Under the pieces are notes generated by a model. It did no database searches. It had not been told where the DNA came from and saw only the letters and a program-made list of their open reading frames with translations. A stretch of 64,000 bases of DNA from Candidatus Omnitrophota bacterium (GTDB lineage: Bacteria > Omnitrophota > Gorgyraeia > Duberdicusellales > 4484-171), in NCBI GenBank assembly GCA_018826075.1, contig JAHKAJ010000024.1:4343-68342 (forward strand), written 5' to 3'. Each line of letters opens with the position of its first letter. The first letter of the stretch is position 1. Below are positions 1 through 8,305 of this stretch, one piece after another. The position numbers were made by a program, and so were the translations under genes.

Positions 1-2160
1 ACCATTTCCAACATGAAGTCCTTGCTTTCTGAATCCGGACAGGTCCTGTTTGGCGATGAGCCAAATACGATCATGGTCATCGACCATCCGGAAAACATTA
101 ACAAAATCGCGGAATACATTGATATGGTTGATGTTGAACCCCAGCAAGTGCATATTGAAGCCCGGATCGTCGAAGTAAAACTTCAAGGAGAGAATGCGTT
201 AGGGATAGATTGGACTGCTTTCGCACAAAGCGGCGGCTTGAATTTTGGTAATTTCGATATGTATTCCGGTACTGCCAGCAGCGGTATTACAACTAATGGT
301 GTAATTAATTATAAAAGCACAGTTTATCCGCCGATATCCGGGACTACAACCGAGTCCCCTTTTAATCTTACCTTAGCCCAGAACAATATCAATGTGGTCA
401 TGAAGGCTTTAGCTAATACTTATGATAGCGATATTCTTTCAGCTCCTAGCGTGACTACGATCAACAATCATGAGGCTACGATCCAGATGAAGGATGTTTA
501 TCCCTGGGCTGAACCGGAAGTTTCTACCACTGATGCAGTCAGTCAGGTCAGCTGGTCAGTTAATTTTGAGGAAACCGGTATCATGCTTAAAGTTACCCCG
601 ACTATCAGCGAAAATGGAAAAATTGTCCTTGATCTTCAGCCGGAAGTCAGCGAAAAAACTGACGATTATGAAATTACTTTGCAGCCTACCGGAACTGACC
701 CTATTGTTTATACGATACCGATAGTAGCCACCCGTCAGGCAAAGACAAAAGTGGTGGTCGGCAGCGGCGAAACCTTGATCATTGGCGGATTGATTAAAAA
801 TAAGGAAATAGAAGGCGAGACTAAAATACCTTTTTTGGGTGATATTCCCTATATTGGGTACCTTTTTAAAAGCCAGAAAAAAACCCGAGATAAGACTGAA
901 CTGGTTATTTTTGTCTCACCAACGATAATCAACACTCCGGAACTGGCATATAGCGCTAAAATGGAAAAAAAGATCCGTGAAGATGTTGAAGGGAAAGTAT
1001 CTAAAATCGATATGGGTCCGATTAAAGAAGCGGCCCTGAAAGCAGCCGAAAAAGAAAAAGTCCAAGCCGAAAAGGAAGAGTTAGAAGCTGAGAAAGAAAC
1101 TGTCCAAGCTGAGACCGAAGAAGAGCTTTTAGATAAAAAAATAAATGCCTTATACTCTAAAGGAGTGAGGCTATATTTTAACCAGCAGTTTAGAAAATCC
1201 GAAGCAATGTTTAAGGAAATTTTACGTTATGATCCCGATCATAAAGGAGCTCTTAACTATTTAGAGAATAAGCTTCCTGGCAAGTTTCAGGAAGAAAGAG
1301 CTGAGAAGCCTGTTCAGCAAGAGGCAAAAAAACCTGAGCCGCAAGTTTATCAAAAGCCATGGGGCTTGCCTGAAAAAGCCGAACCAGTAAAAATCCAATC
1401 AGAAAGAATAGATATTCAGCAGGCAAAGGAAGCTCAGCAACAAGTCCTGAAAGAACAAGTTAAAAACCTCCAGATCCAGGAGGCAGCCGCTAAAAAAGCC
1501 GCGCAAGTTAAGGCTAAACAGCTTTACAGTTCAGCAGTGTCACTTTACCGCGATAAGCGCTACCAGGAAGCTTACGCTAAATTTCAGGAATTAGATTCTT
1601 TTAGCCCGGACTATGCCCGCAGCAGCTACTATCTGGTTAAAATACCGGAGCTGATTTCGGCTGCTGAAAATAAAAGAAAATCCGAACAAGAGTTAACAGT
1701 TAAAAGGGAAACCGAACTTAAAGCTAAACAGCTTTACAGTTCAGCAGTATCGCTTTATAAAGAAAAGCAGTATGAACGGGCTTACGCTGAATTTCAGAAG
1801 CTGGATAATTTGATGCCTGGATATCAGCGCACAGGAAGTTATTTGACCAGGATACCGGAGTTAATCCAACAACAGCAAAGTATTAAACGGGCGAAAGAAG
1901 CTCGGGAGAAGGAAGCGGCAATTAAAGGCCAGGTTAAGGATGCCTATCAAACCGCAATTTCGCTTTATAAGGCTAAAAGTTACCCGGCAGCCTACGATAA
2001 GTTTTCGCAAGTCCAAAGTCTTATTCCCGGTTATCGAGAAACTGCCTACTATCTAAATAAGATCCCTAAGCTATTGGAAAAAAAACGTAAAGATGATGAG
2101 GCTCGTTTTGAAAAAGACCGTGGTCAGGCAATAAAAGACATGCTGAATGCTTGTGAGTGA
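1..2160 (+). CDS. Secretin (PilQ/GspD family) with long C-terminal coiled-coil/TPR-like extension; 5'-truncated by window edge
   Basis: QVHIEARIVEV, APSVTTINNHEATI, GIMLKVTPTI, GETLIIGGL and KIPFLGDIPYIGYLFK...ELVIFVSPTII are secretin motifs. The frame is open from base 1. About 400 extra aa carry 4 helical LYxxAVSLY...AY..F...P.Y...YL repeats. Confidence 0.9.
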   Translation, partial: TISNMKSLLSESGQVLFGDEPNTIMVIDHPENINKIAEYIDMVDVEPQQVHIEARIVEVKLQGENALGIDWTAFAQSGGLNFGNFDMYSGTASSGITTNGVINYKSTVYPPISGTTTESPFNLTLAQNNINVVMKALANTYDSDILSAPSVTTINNHEATIQMKDVYPWAEPEVSTTDAVSQVSWSVNFEETGIMLKVTPTISENGKIVLDLQPEVSEKTDDYEITLQPTGTDPIVYTIPIVATRQAKTKVVVGSGETLIIGGLIKNKEIEGETKIPFLGDIPYIGYLFKSQKKTRDKTELVIFVSPTIINTPELAYSAKMEKKIREDVEGKVSKIDMGPIKEAALKAAEKEKVQAEKEELEAEKETVQAETEEELLDKKINALYSKGVRLYFNQQFRKSEAMFKEILRYDPDHKGALNYLENKLPGKFQEERAEKPVQQEAKKPEPQVYQKPWGLPEKAEPVKIQSERIDIQQAKEAQQQVLKEQVKNLQIQEAAAKKAAQVKAKQLYSSAVSLYRDKRYQEAYAKFQELDSFSPDYARSSYYLVKIPELISAAENKRKSEQELTVKRETELKAKQLYSSAVSLYKEKQYERAYAEFQKLDNLMPGYQRTGSYLTRIPELIQQQQSIKRAKEAREKEAAIKGQVKDAYQTAISLYKAKSYPAAYDKFSQVQSLIPGYRETAYYLNKIPKLLEKKRKDDEARFEKDRGQAIKDMLNACE
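1513..1860 (+). repeat. 210-bp-period intragenic direct repeat encoding TPR-like units of the secretin tail
   Basis: GCTAAACAGCTTTACAGTTCAGCAGT occurs at 1513 and 1723, and similarity continues to ATACCGGAG in both copies. Confidence 0.85.
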
Positions 2161-2172
2161 GGCTGAATAATT

Positions 2173-3888
2173 ATGCCAGAACCAACAATCGACCCCAAGC
2201 CCCAGGAAAAAGAAAATAAATCCCGCAAAAAGCTTGGCGAGATCCTTATTGAGCAGAAGGTGGTAACCGAGGATGTTTTGCGCCAGGCTTTATCCGATCA
2301 AAAAGTTACTCGCCAAAGACTAGGCGAAATTTTGATCGAACGCGGCTGGGTAAGAGCAGAGGATATCAATATCGCCTTGGCCCACCAGATGGAGATCGAG
2401 ACTGTAAGCCTGGCTGATTATGTGATTGATTCCCAGATCCTCTCGGTGATCATAGAGGAGGAAGCTCGTAAATATAAACTGATGCCTTTGTTCAAAGCTG
2501 GAAATGTTTTGTCAGTGGCCATGGCTAACCCTAACGATGTGGTGGCAATTGATCAATTAAGAAGGCAGACCAGTTTTCAAATAAAACCTTTGGCGGCAAC
2601 CGAGTCTGATATATTTTGGGCTATTGAGCAATACTACCAGTCTTCGGGAACAGTTGAAACTGTTTTAACCGGCATAGATATAGACAAACTTCAAAAAGGC
2701 GATTCTAAACAGGAAATGGCGATTTTAAAGCTGGTCAATATGCTGATAACTCATGCGGTTCACGAGAGGATCTCGGACATCCATATCGAACCGGAAAAAA
2801 ATACAGTAAATATCCGTTATCGTCTTGATGGTATGCTTCATAAACAATATGTTTTGCCGAAGGTTTTGCAAGGGGCAGTAACCTCGCGGATAAAGATTTT
2901 AGCTAATCTGGATATTTCCGAAAAACGTTTGCCGCAGGACGGAAGGATCAGGATGCGGGTCGAAGGCCGGGAGATAGATTTTCGAGTTTCAACTTGCCCG
3001 ACAGTTTCCGGCGAAAACACGGTTTTGCGGGTTTTGGATAAGACCGGTTTGACCTTGGGGCTGGAGGGATTAGGATTTCCTGGACGTGACCTGGAAAGAT
3101 TTAAGAAGATGTTTACTTCGCCATATGGGATAATCCTGGTAACCGGGCCGACTGGTTCAGGAAAAACCACCACTCTTTATTCGGTTTTACAACAGCTTAA
3201 TAAAGAAGATGTAAACGTTATGACTGTCGAGGATCCGGTTGAGTATCAGTTTCACGGTATGCGCCAGGTCAATGTCAATTCATCTATCGGCCTTACCTTT
3301 GCCGCGGCTTTGCGTAGTTTCCTGCGCCAGGATCCGGATATTGTCATGGTCGGTGAGATTCGTGATTTAGAAACTGCCGAAATCGCCGTTCAAGCGGCTT
3401 TGACCGGGCATTTAGTTTTGTCAACTCTTCATACCAACGATGCACCTTCGGCTTTCAGCCGGTTGGTTGAGATGGGGGTTGAGCCGTTTTTAGTCTCTAG
3501 TTCACTTCTGGGTGTATTAGCCCAAAGGTTAGTACGTAAAGTCTGCGATAAATGCCATGAAGAATATTCACCCGATGAAACAATGATCAAAGCTTTGCAT
3601 TTAGAGGGAAAAGTGGCTCCTGGTCAAAAGTTTTTTCGGGCCAAAATAAAGGGTTGTCCGGTTTGTAATGGCACTGGCTACAAGGGCCGGGTGGGAATTT
3701 ATGAACTTTTGGATAATACGCCGGGTATCCAGACCTTAGTCCTTAAACGTTCTCCGGCTAATGAGATCCGGGCAAAAGCCCTGACCGAAGGTTTGGTAAG
3801 TTTACGCGATGCAGCAATGGATAAATTTTTAGCCGGACTGATCACCGCTGAAGAAGTCTTCCGGGTAACCCAGGAAGTTGAAATTTAA
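2173..3888 (+). CDS. pilB: Type IV pilus/T2SS extension ATPase PilB/GspE with N-terminal MshEN domain
   Basis: Walker A GPTGSGKTTT, TVEDPVEY, LRQDPDIVMVGEIRD, GHLVLSTLHTN, Zn motif CDKC/CPVC; N-terminal KLGEIL...ALSDQ...RLGEILIERG. Confidence 0.93.
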   Translation: MPEPTIDPKPQEKENKSRKKLGEILIEQKVVTEDVLRQALSDQKVTRQRLGEILIERGWVRAEDINIALAHQMEIETVSLADYVIDSQILSVIIEEEARKYKLMPLFKAGNVLSVAMANPNDVVAIDQLRRQTSFQIKPLAATESDIFWAIEQYYQSSGTVETVLTGIDIDKLQKGDSKQEMAILKLVNMLITHAVHERISDIHIEPEKNTVNIRYRLDGMLHKQYVLPKVLQGAVTSRIKILANLDISEKRLPQDGRIRMRVEGREIDFRVSTCPTVSGENTVLRVLDKTGLTLGLEGLGFPGRDLERFKKMFTSPYGIILVTGPTGSGKTTTLYSVLQQLNKEDVNVMTVEDPVEYQFHGMRQVNVNSSIGLTFAAALRSFLRQDPDIVMVGEIRDLETAEIAVQAALTGHLVLSTLHTNDAPSAFSRLVEMGVEPFLVSSSLLGVLAQRLVRKVCDKCHEEYSPDETMIKALHLEGKVAPGQKFFRAKIKGCPVCNGTGYKGRVGIYELLDNTPGIQTLVLKRSPANEIRAKALTEGLVSLRDAAMDKFLAGLITAEEVFRVTQEVEI

Positions 3889-3895
3889 AATAACG

Positions 3896-3920
3896 GTGTT
3901 ATAATGAAATTCAAAGGAGA
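3896..3920 (+). promoter_or_regulatory. Extended -10 promoter and RBS of first pilin gene
   Basis: TGTTATAAT at 3896-3904 followed by AAGGAGA upstream of ATG 3924. Confidence 0.5.
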
Positions 3921-3923
3921 GAT

Positions 3924-4634
3924 ATGCTAAATTTTAGGTTAGGCCGGAAAAAAATCGCCTTTACTTTAATCGAACTCTCAGTGGTTATTGCTATAATCAC
4001 AGTTTTAGCCAGCATTTCTATTCCCAATGTCAATCGTTACCTGATGAAGTCTCGCGATGCCAAACGGATTTCCGATATCCAGGTTTTGAGCCTGGCAATC
4101 GAAAGCTTTTATGATGACCAGGGTCATTATCCGGGTTGGAACGATACGCTTACCCTTACCCCTAAACTTGGCGATAATGGCGAATGTGTAGGTGTAGTCG
4201 GCCGTACGGTAGGAACAGACCCTTGCGCTAGCAGTATTTCCGGAGGCACTAACCGGGTTGACGGCGCTTTAGATGTCTTACTTAAGCCTTATATCCAGGG
4301 TGCGATTCCCAGGGATCCTTCCTACGATAATCAGCCAAATAATTTTTATTACGGCTATGATCCGCATCACGAGTACGTTATCCCTACTGCCATTGCTTGG
4401 TCTGATACTTTTCCTACTGCGAATACTTCTTGCAGCGGCTTAATGTATCCGCATGCCGGTTGGCCGGGAGTGGCTAACAATACTACTGCTGTTTTGAGCA
4501 TCCGCCGTTTTGAGTCAGATACTATACATCGCCACCGGGATACTTGTCGCGGTGCTACCCTTTATATGGATACTTCTGATTATAACATTGCTTTTCCGAA
4601 TATTGGTTATGGGAGTGGATTGGGTAATCTATAA
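3924..4634 (+). CDS. Type IV pilin / GspG-like pseudopilin
   Basis: Class III signal peptide KKIA|FTLIELSVVIAII with E5; SRDAKRISDI...GHYP and PRDP are GspG-like motifs; 4 Cys. Confidence 0.88.
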   Translation: MLNFRLGRKKIAFTLIELSVVIAIITVLASISIPNVNRYLMKSRDAKRISDIQVLSLAIESFYDDQGHYPGWNDTLTLTPKLGDNGECVGVVGRTVGTDPCASSISGGTNRVDGALDVLLKPYIQGAIPRDPSYDNQPNNFYYGYDPHHEYVIPTAIAWSDTFPTANTSCSGLMYPHAGWPGVANNTTAVLSIRRFESDTIHRHRDTCRGATLYMDTSDYNIAFPNIGYGSGLGNL

Positions 4635-4642
4635 AAAAAAAC

Positions 4643-4670
4643 TTGCATTTTTTTTAATTTTCGTTATACT
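4643..4670 (+). promoter_or_regulatory. Sigma70-type promoter of probable major pilin
   Basis: TTGCAT (4643-4648), 16-nt spacer, TATACT (4665-4670); strong SD AGGAGGTG before ATG 4742. Confidence 0.55.
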
Positions 4671-4741
4671 TCTAATTAAGGAAGTTCTAAATAGATCGGG
4701 TGTTTTTTCGTTGTTTAAAATGTGAAAAGGAGGTGTGTGAG

Positions 4742-5299
4742 ATGAAAGGTTTTACACTTATTGAATTGATTGTAGTCATTGCAATCATTGCAATTTTAGC
4801 TGCAATCATTGCTCCCAATGCTTTTAAGGCCATTGAAAAGGCTAGCCGTTCAGCTGCCATCGGTGATTTCCGCACCATCAAGACAGCTTCTATGGCTTTT
4901 TATGCTGACACTGGAACTTGGCCGATCACGAATTGTGAAGAGGCGCTTTTAAAGAATCGGAATAATACTACAGTTTGTGCTGATGTTACTGGCGCTGGAG
5001 GTATTTCCGGTTGGGATGGCCCTTATGTTGAAATGTGGCCGTCAAAAACCCGTTGGGGCGGGGTTTACACTTATACCAACAACAACAATATAACTTGGAA
5101 TGCTAGTTATGCTGCTGGTGAGACGGCTGGAGCTTGCATTGGAAGGTATATTGCCATGAATGGTACCCCGTTTGATACCGAAAAGAAGCTGGATGAACAG
5201 ATCGACGGAACAGTTAACAATACAACTGGTCAATATCGTTGGAATGCTTCTAATATTTCATACATGTTGATTTCAGCTGATTGCACATTGCAGAATTAA
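4742..5299 (+). CDS. Probable major type IV pilin (GspG-like)
   Basis: MKG|FTLIELIVVIAIIAILAAI and WDGPY motif. It has its own promoter, a strong SD and a terminator, as expected for a highly expressed major subunit. Start moved from 4700 to the ATG after the SD. Confidence 0.88.
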   Translation: MKGFTLIELIVVIAIIAILAAIIAPNAFKAIEKASRSAAIGDFRTIKTASMAFYADTGTWPITNCEEALLKNRNNTTVCADVTGAGGISGWDGPYVEMWPSKTRWGGVYTYTNNNNITWNASYAAGETAGACIGRYIAMNGTPFDTEKKLDEQIDGTVNNTTGQYRWNASNISYMLISADCTLQN

Positions 5300-5316
5300 T
5301 TTTTAGACTATTAAGT

Positions 5317-5360
5317 AAAACCCTCTCTTTTCAGAAATGAAAGAGAGGGTTTTCTTTTTT
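5317..5360 (+). terminator. Rho-independent terminator after major pilin
   Basis: AAAACCCTCTCTTT...AAAGAGAGGGTTTT hairpin followed by a T-tract. Confidence 0.85.
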
Positions 5361-5455
5361 TAAGAGCTTTGGGCTTTAAGAAAAACAAAAATACGATTGA
5401 CGCAGCAATAAACTTTAGTATAATAATCTATGTAGATTTATTCCAAAACCAAACC

Positions 5456-6169
5456 ATGGAACACTTACTTACTTTAGAAGGTATTTACAAAAAATTTAAG
5501 AGGACCGAAGTGCTTAAAGGGGTTAACCTTAAAGTACGAAAGGGCGAGATCTACGGCCTTTTAGGTATCAACGGAGCCGGTAAAACTACGCTGATCCGTT
5601 CCATTCTAGGTTTATTGCGAATCGACCAGGGCCGCATTCTGTTTAAAGGAAATATCTGCCAACCTAAGGATATCCAGAAAAATTTTGGTTTTTTACCGGA
5701 AAATTTCCTGCCCCCGAAAAATCTTAAAGGCATAGAGTTTCTTAGGATTTTAGGTTCGGGCTTTAATCTAAAACTGGCTGATATCAAGTCGTTGCTGGAG
5801 TTGGTTGGTTTAACCAAGCATAGCCGTAAATATATTGGAGCGTACTCCCGTGGGATGATCCAGCGCTTAGGCTTAGCCACTTGCCTGCTTAAAGATCCTG
5901 AAGTGATCATTTTGGATGAACCGACCTTAGGTTTAGATCCTCTGGGCCAGAAGCAGGTTTTAAATATAATCGCTGATTTAAACCGGAGGGGGAAAACCGT
6001 ATTTTTTTCATCGCATATACTTTCCCAAGTCGAACAGCTTAAAGCCAGGATAGCGGTGATCAACTCAGGCACTATCGCTTTTGAATCGGGAGTCGATGAG
6101 ATCCTAAAAAAACACAAGGCTTCCAGTCTAGAGGAGGCCTTTCTTAAAGAGGTAGAAGGGCAGAAATGA
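5456..6169 (+). CDS. ABC transporter ATP-binding protein (PilH/XapD-like)
   Basis: GINGAGKTT Walker A, YSRGMIQR signature variant, ILDEPT, SSH. ATG 5456 preferred; TTGACG-16-TATAAT promoter at 5397-5424. Confidence 0.88.
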   Translation: MEHLLTLEGIYKKFKRTEVLKGVNLKVRKGEIYGLLGINGAGKTTLIRSILGLLRIDQGRILFKGNICQPKDIQKNFGFLPENFLPPKNLKGIEFLRILGSGFNLKLADIKSLLELVGLTKHSRKYIGAYSRGMIQRLGLATCLLKDPEVIILDEPTLGLDPLGQKQVLNIIADLNRRGKTVFFSSHILSQVEQLKARIAVINSGTIAFESGVDEILKKHKASSLEEAFLKEVEGQK

Positions 6170-6927
6170 GAAAATTTTTAGCAATTTCTTTTCTTAATTT
6201 TAAAGAAGCAGTGCGCGATAAATTTTTCCTGGGAGTGGTTTTTTTCTTTATTTTTTATCTTTTGTTCTGTATTTTTCTGGGAAAGCTTTCAGTCGGCCAC
6301 GCTGACAAGGTGATGCGGGATGCCGGCCTGGCCGGAATCGAACTTACTGCTATAATCCTGGTCATTTTTAGTTTTACTTTCAGTTTTTTTCGCGAGAAAG
6401 AAAACCGGATCTTAGAAGTTTACTTGACTGATTTTTCACCCGGTATTTGCGTCAGCGGCAAAATTTTCGGTTATGTCCTGCTTTGCGGGTTATACCTACT
6501 TTTGTCAGCAATTGCCTTCGGAGGGCTGCTTTATTTAAACCAGGCCTTTAATCTGGCCTCACTGGTTGCTCTATACCCTTTATTCTTAAAGATCGTGATT
6601 ATCATTTTTTTGGCTTCTTTGTTTTCCACCTTATTTTCTTCGGCAACCACTGCCCTTCTTTCATTGCTTTTTGTTTATGTCGGGGCAGAGCTTATTCCTT
6701 CGGCTTTAGCTATCGTGAAAGCTTACGGGGCTCCGGTCCAAAAAGTTTTTATTAAATTTATCTATCTTTTTTTTCCTAATATGGACAAACTGGACATTAA
6801 ATCCCTGGCAGTATATGGGAAACTTCCCGATTACCGGTTTTTCCTGGGAATCACCATTTATGCCCTGGTCTACTGTTTGTTTTTATGGTTAATAAACTTG
6901 CTCATTTTTCAGAAAAAGGAATATTAA
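6166..6927 (+). CDS. ABC-2 type permease (PilI/XapB-like)
   Basis: About 6 hydrophobic segments, FKEAVRDK N-terminus, ATGA overlap with the ATPase gene. Confidence 0.8.
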   Translation: MRKFLAISFLNFKEAVRDKFFLGVVFFFIFYLLFCIFLGKLSVGHADKVMRDAGLAGIELTAIILVIFSFTFSFFREKENRILEVYLTDFSPGICVSGKIFGYVLLCGLYLLLSAIAFGGLLYLNQAFNLASLVALYPLFLKIVIIIFLASLFSTLFSSATTALLSLLFVYVGAELIPSALAIVKAYGAPVQKVFIKFIYLFFPNMDKLDIKSLAVYGKLPDYRFFLGITIYALVYCLFLWLINLLIFQKKEY

Positions 6928-7796
6928 AATTTCTAGTTTTCCTGGCCTGCCTTTTAATTATTCCTTTTTTGTCCCTTCGATTGCAGACGGACACTGCGCT
7001 GCTTGGTGAGCGTCTGCTTTTTGTCCCCCCGCAAGAGTATCTAAGTAACATCCGGGGAGGTTTTCGCAACCTCTTGGCCGATGTTTATTATATCAAAGGC
7101 GTGCTTGCTGTCACTGATGAGTTTAATAGCCGCCAGGAAAGGATTTCCTGGACCCAACAAGTTTTCAAAGCGGCAGTGCTTCTGGATAAAGATATGCTTC
7201 AGGCCTATTTTTTTGCCGGTTCGGCTATTGTCAACAGCAAAGAAGAACTTAAACAGGGAAACGAATTCTTGATCCTGGGTTTGACCAACAGCCCTTCCTA
7301 TTGGCAGATCCCTTACTGGATCGGATTTAATTATTACCTTATCGGCGACAGCCTTAAAGCCGCCGAGTTTTACCGGTTGGCTTCCCAGCGGCCGGGAGCG
7401 CCTAATTTTTTAAAAAGCAACCAGGCGATGCTGTTTTATAAGGCCGGTGAACCGCGAATGGGCTTGATGTACTTGGAAGGTTTGCTGGAGTCAGTAAGCG
7501 ATCCTGAGCAGCTCAAATGGGTAAAGCTTAAAATCGAATGGCTTAAGAACATGATTGTTTTGCAGGATGCAGTCGAGTCGTTTAAGGATCGTTACAACCG
7601 CCTGCCGCAGGATTTGGAAGAACTAATCAGCCGACGGCTGATCTCAAGCGTCCCCAAAGACCCTTTTGGCGGCGGCTATTACCTGGATGATCAATCGGGA
7701 AAAATCAAAAGTTCTTTTGGGATGCCGACTAAGGTCAAAACCACTCCGGAAAAGCCGGCTGAATCCGGAGAAGGCTGTTCTAAATGCAAAAAATAA
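6885..7796 (+). CDS. Membrane-anchored TPR-like pilus accessory protein (PilG/XapA-like) with GspG-like C-terminal motif
   Basis: N-terminal TM, GFRNLLADVYYI, WQIPYWIGFNYY helical repeats, C-terminal LP.DLEELI...PKDPFGGGY. Confidence 0.65.
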   Translation: MVNKLAHFSEKGILKFLVFLACLLIIPFLSLRLQTDTALLGERLLFVPPQEYLSNIRGGFRNLLADVYYIKGVLAVTDEFNSRQERISWTQQVFKAAVLLDKDMLQAYFFAGSAIVNSKEELKQGNEFLILGLTNSPSYWQIPYWIGFNYYLIGDSLKAAEFYRLASQRPGAPNFLKSNQAMLFYKAGEPRMGLMYLEGLLESVSDPEQLKWVKLKIEWLKNMIVLQDAVESFKDRYNRLPQDLEELISRRLISSVPKDPFGGGYYLDDQSGKIKSSFGMPTKVKTTPEKPAESGEGCSKCKK

Positions 7797-8305
7797 TCAC
7801 CAATCGGCAAAAATCGGGGTTTACTCTAGTTGAATTTATCATGGTCATTGCGATCATCTCCATGATCTCAGTGACTATCGGAGTTTCCCCTTCCACACTT
7901 ACGCCCCGCAAGCTTGAAAACGAAGTCCAGAAAATAGTCGGTGATTTAAACTGGGCCCGGGCTATGGCCATTTCCACTGGCTATCATTACCGGATAGATT
8001 TTGACATCAACAACGATACAGTGGTCAGTAGCACCGACAATAATACCTATATAATCTATAAAGTCGATCCCGCAGATTTAGTCAACGGAACACCGGTCAA
8101 ACGCGGGGTGTTGAGGGTAGATGGTATCAATCTGACTCATTCTTCGCCAGCCGTACCGATATATTTATTTGAATTTATCAGCCCGCAAGGCGGTCTTAAC
8201 AGTACGGTTCTTGACCCTTTGACTATTCATCTGGAGCTAAGCGGCGCGGCAAGTAACATAACTGTCCGCAACTTAACCGGTTATATAAGCTGGGATCGTT
8301 TATGA
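7784..8305 (+). CDS. Minor pilin FimU/GspH-like
   Basis: QKSG|FTLVEFIMVIAII; DLNWARAMAIS helix typical of FimT/GspH. Confidence 0.8.
   Translation: MQKIITNRQKSGFTLVEFIMVIAIISMISVTIGVSPSTLTPRKLENEVQKIVGDLNWARAMAISTGYHYRIDFDINNDTVVSSTDNNTYIIYKVDPADLVNGTPVKRGVLRVDGINLTHSSPAVPIYLFEFISPQGGLNSTVLDPLTIHLELSGAASNITVRNLTGYISWDRL

Noticed and set aside
4700-4741. Upstream extension of the pilin ORF (also the 5369, 25631, 31890, 45277, 55161, 60299 and 63621 starts)
   Set aside because: Downstream ATGs fit SD, promoter or overlap evidence and family N-termini better.
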